A stretch of 64,000 nucleotides of DNA from IMG/VR virus record IMGVR_UViG_3300009431_000005; one strand, 5' to 3'. The notes under the pieces were generated by a model. It was not told where the DNA came from, made no database searches, and saw nothing but the letters and a program-made list of their open reading frames with translations. Positions within the stretch are counted from its first letter, which is position 1. Each line of letters opens with the position of its first letter. This DNA is from an uncultured virus (IMG/VR IMGVR_UViG_3300009431_000005). Lineage: Duplodnaviria; Heunggongvirae; Uroviricota; Caudoviricetes. The position numbers were made by a program, and so were the translations under genes. Positions 61,480-64,000 of this stretch are shown here, one piece after another.

Positions 61480-62732
61480 GTTGCAGCGGTGGTCGCAGCC
61501 TTCCAGTTCCCCTCCGGTCCGTGAACGAACCGCGTCCAACGCTTTCGCACGAGGTCCATCTCTCGGGGAGACGGGACATACCCAATCAACCTACGCCCGG
61601 TCTTCTCGGCAGCAATCAACGTAGCGCCGCGCGATACGAGCACGTCGAGGATGGTGCCACCCTTCTGCGTGCTGTTGAGGACGTGGCGGACGACAGCCTC
61701 AACGGGCACGTCGTCACGAGGTGGGGCCGCCTTCAAGCGCCACGCATTGCTCTGCGTGCGGTCGCCATAGAAGGCTCGCATCCCCTTCGCGCGCCAGCCG
61801 TACAGGATCGGCACCGTCACATCGCGGTACGTCTCCCGTGCAAGCGGCTTCACCGTCGGGGAGTAGCAAACGAGAGTGTTCGACCAGTACCCGCCCAGCG
61901 CGAGGAAGGTCGCATGGACCTGCGCGAGTCTGGCTGTGTTGGTGGCGACGTGGATGCCGCCGGTCGTGTTCTCCAGGAGGTGCCCGAGGTGCGCGTCCAG
62001 GAAGGACTCGCGGAACGGCTCCTTCGACACGAGCCGTGTGAAAGCCATGTCGGCGCGTTCCTCACCGAGCGCGTCGAGAGTCCCGACGGAGGTGATGCGT
62101 CCGCACAGTAGCCGGTGCTCGCCAAGCTCGTACACGACGCCGTGCTTGGAGTTCGCGGACGAGCGCAGGAGCGTGGGCACGTAGTCGTCCTCGGAGAGAC
62201 CGTGCCGCACCTCGTCGTCGATGCCAGGGCGGCTCTTGATGTCCTTGAGGACCTGACGGATGAGCGTGTCGAAGCGCAGCTTCCCGAGGAGCGCCGTACC
62301 CTCCTCGCCCACGAGATCGGCGATGCGCGCGATCACGCTCTGCGTCAGCTCGGGGACGAAGGTGCCCTCGATCGCCGCATTGTTGAGCGTCAGGTTCGCG
62401 CGGCGCTCGGTCGACTCGTCGAACTCGACGACGACGCAGTCGACGTGCGTCTCCTCCGCGTCCTGCAGCGCGCGGATGCGCTGGTGTCCCCCGACAAGTC
62501 GCTTCGCCCCTCCGGCGACGTTCACCACAGGCGGGGCCAAGAGGCCGAAGGTCTCCAGGCTGGCAAGAAGGCCCTGTAGCGCAACGTCCGTGATGACGCG
62601 GGGGTTGTACGGAGCAGCTTCCAGGTCGGCGATCTTGAATCGCCGCGTCTTCACTTGGACATACTTCTGGGTCGCAGCCTTCGCGGGGTTACGCCGCGTC
62701 TTCTTCTTGCGACTCGCCTTCTTCTTCGCCAT
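61476..62732 (-). CDS. ParB-like domain fused to a degenerate DNA methyltransferase domain
   Basis: YNPRVI...VGGHQR; GEHRLLCG; DPPY position reads TRLV and FxGxG position reads LVSRG. Confidence 0.8.
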   Translation of the reverse strand: MAKKKASRKKKTRRNPAKAATQKYVQVKTRRFKIADLEAAPYNPRVITDVALQGLLASLETFGLLAPPVVNVAGGAKRLVGGHQRIRALQDAEETHVDCVVVEFDESTERRANLTLNNAAIEGTFVPELTQSVIARIADLVGEEGTALLGKLRFDTLIRQVLKDIKSRPGIDDEVRHGLSEDDYVPTLLRSSANSKHGVVYELGEHRLLCGRITSVGTLDALGEERADMAFTRLVSKEPFRESFLDAHLGHLLENTTGGIHVATNTARLAQVHATFLALGGYWSNTLVCYSPTVKPLARETYRDVTVPILYGWRAKGMRAFYGDRTQSNAWRLKAAPPRDDVPVEAVVRHVLNSTQKGGTILDVLVSRGATLIAAEKTGRRLIGYVPSPREMDLVRKRWTRFVHGPEGNWKAATTAAT

Positions 62733-62778
62733 CGGTTGCTCTCCTGTGCAGCAGCCGATGGCTGCCGCTGTTCTCAGG

Positions 62779-63117
62779 TCAATGCACCGCCATTCGCTCC
62801 TCGCTCACCTCCGGTTCCCAGCCCTCGGCGACGGCCTTCTTGAAGCACTCCCACCCCCCGAGGAGGAAGTCGCGGCAGGCGTGTGGTCGCCGCTCGTAGA
62901 TCGTGCAACGCTTCGTCGTTCGGTCGAGCGCGACGCACACGTCGTCGACGCGCTTCATCCGGCCAACGTAGCAGTCGGCCGGGTCGGGCTCCGCCATCGC
63001 AGACGGGTCGGGCAGGATGCGCAGGTCGTCCTCGGTCAGTGGGACGTCCCACCCCTGACAGCACAACGCGCAGTCTTCGCAGCTCTCCTTCCGATCGTTG
63101 ATCTTGTAGACCGGCAT
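62779..63117 (-). CDS. YkgJ-family (CxxCxxCC) cysteine cluster protein
   Basis: CEDCALCC...CVALD...CTIYERRPHACRDF; TGATG-coupled. Confidence 0.85.
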   Translation of the reverse strand: MPVYKINDRKESCEDCALCCQGWDVPLTEDDLRILPDPSAMAEPDPADCYVGRMKRVDDVCVALDRTTKRCTIYERRPHACRDFLLGGWECFKKAVAEGWEPEVSEERMAVH

Positions 63118-64000
63118 CAGGTACCGCCCCCTGCGTGCGCGGGCAGGTCGGAGTCGAAGCGCACGCTGGTGGGCACCACGATCGTCGGGCGCTCGGCCGT
63201 TTCGACCTTCAGCGCGTCGATCTGCGCCTTGAGCCACTTCTGGCCGGTCTTGTTTTTGAGCGGGCGGCGCAGGAGCGCGTCTCCTGCGCGAGCAAGCTCG
63301 GGCGCGACGACCTGCTGCCAGTGCGTCGGATCGAGCGGCTCGTCGTTGTCGATGACGACGGTGTTCGCCTTCCCGAACAGCTTGATGTAGCGGGGGAGGT
63401 TCTTCTTCAAGCCGTGGTGCGCCGTCTGGATGTACGACTTGGGCACCTTGCGTCCGCCCGCCTCCGCGCGTGCGAGGTTGCGATCCAGTGCGGTCTGGAG
63501 CTTGGTGACGACGATCACCGCGTACACGTCGTACCCCAACCCGCGCAGAGACTGAACCGGCGTCGACACCCGTGCGAAGTCCCACCCGGTCATGTCGATG
63601 AGCAGGCCACGTCGACGCTTCGCGTGCCAGTCCCGCTCCTTGCGCGCGAGACCTTGCGCCTTCTTGAAGAGGCCGTAGTCGTCGCCGATTCGTGAGAGAG
63701 GCTTCCCGGCCTCCTTGTAGAACCGCTCCAGGTGCTTGTCCTGGTCGATGTGCTTGAGGCCGCGTCCGCCGAACATCTCGCGTCCGATCGACCCCTTGCC
63801 GGAGCCGCCGGAGCCGAGGACGAAGATGGCCTTGAGTGCGTGCGGGTCGTGCTCGATCGACTCGCCGAAGACGTAGCGCAGACCGATCACGCGGTGGTGC
63901 GTCTCGGGGTTGCCAGTCAGCACCGGGTCGAGCCAGAAGCCCTCGGTGTCGAGCATGTCGTCGTGCCCGCCCTCCTGCGGCCAGTCGAGGCGGCAGAGGT
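63117..64000 (-). CDS. Zeta-toxin/AAA_33-like P-loop kinase (N-terminus probably beyond window)
   Basis: KAIFVLGSGGSGKGS Walker A, LLIDMTG, ALDRNLAR...RKVP; frame stays open from 63956 to the window edge. Confidence 0.8.
   Translation of the reverse strand, partial: LCRLDWPQEGGHDDMLDTEGFWLDPVLTGNPETHHRVIGLRYVFGESIEHDPHALKAIFVLGSGGSGKGSIGREMFGGRGLKHIDQDKHLERFYKEAGKPLSRIGDDYGLFKKAQGLARKERDWHAKRRRGLLIDMTGWDFARVSTPVQSLRGLGYDVYAVIVVTKLQTALDRNLARAEAGGRKVPKSYIQTAHHGLKKNLPRYIKLFGKANTVVIDNDEPLDPTHWQQVVAPELARAGDALLRRPLKNKTGQKWLKAQIDALKVETAERPTIVVPTSVRFDSDLPAHAGGGT

Noticed and set aside
62750..62765. GCAGCC-GAT-GGCTGC hairpin as a fifth copy of the 23-bp element
   Set aside because: Shares only a short GGCAGCC core; arms and spacer differ
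5613..63585. Long N-terminal extensions in the ORF track (5613-6497, 14895-16016, 37448-38422, 39546-40643, 57439-58941, 62779-63585 and several left-end genes)
   Set aside because: They overlap upstream genes; internal starts at stop/start overlaps or with an RBS fit better
1..64000. tRNA genes, integrase/att sites, lysin/holin, terminase, portal, introns or inteins
   Set aside because: No recognisable motifs found by inspection

Overview
A 64-kb high-GC segment of a large contractile-tailed (myovirus-type) bacteriophage. Essentially every credible gene is on the minus strand, tightly packed and often translationally coupled (TGATG/ATGA/GTGA overlaps). The many long plus-strand ORFs are antisense shadows. 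In transcription order (right to left) it carries: (1) an accessory block with a zeta-toxin-like P-loop kinase, a YkgJ Cys-cluster protein, two paralogous ParB-DNA methyltransferase fusions (one intact, one with eroded catalytic motifs) and a 775-aa unknown; (2) a 2637-aa polyvalent protein with Nudix, HipA/PI3K-like kinase and possible ADP-ribosyltransferase-like domains; (3) a T4-like head and neck module (gp21-like protease/scaffold, gp23-like major capsid, neck proteins); (4) tail terminator, sheath, tube, chaperone, tape measure, hub, spike, PAAR-like tip, wedge and fibre genes, ending in a sulfotransferase; (5) a structured ~0.5-kb intergenic region and a run of small early-type genes (DUF6011-like, Lar-like, SAM-dependent methyltransferase-like). 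No terminase, portal, lysin, tRNA, integrase or CRISPR array was recognised. The most notable unexplained structure: a ~110-aa plug-in module present six times in four different virion proteins (nested within itself in the sheath), a 23-bp near-palindrome at four intergenic sites, a candidate +1 frameshift (UUC UUU CGU C) in the tail chaperone, and the giant polyvalent protein. All family assignments come from reading motifs by eye; no database search was run.
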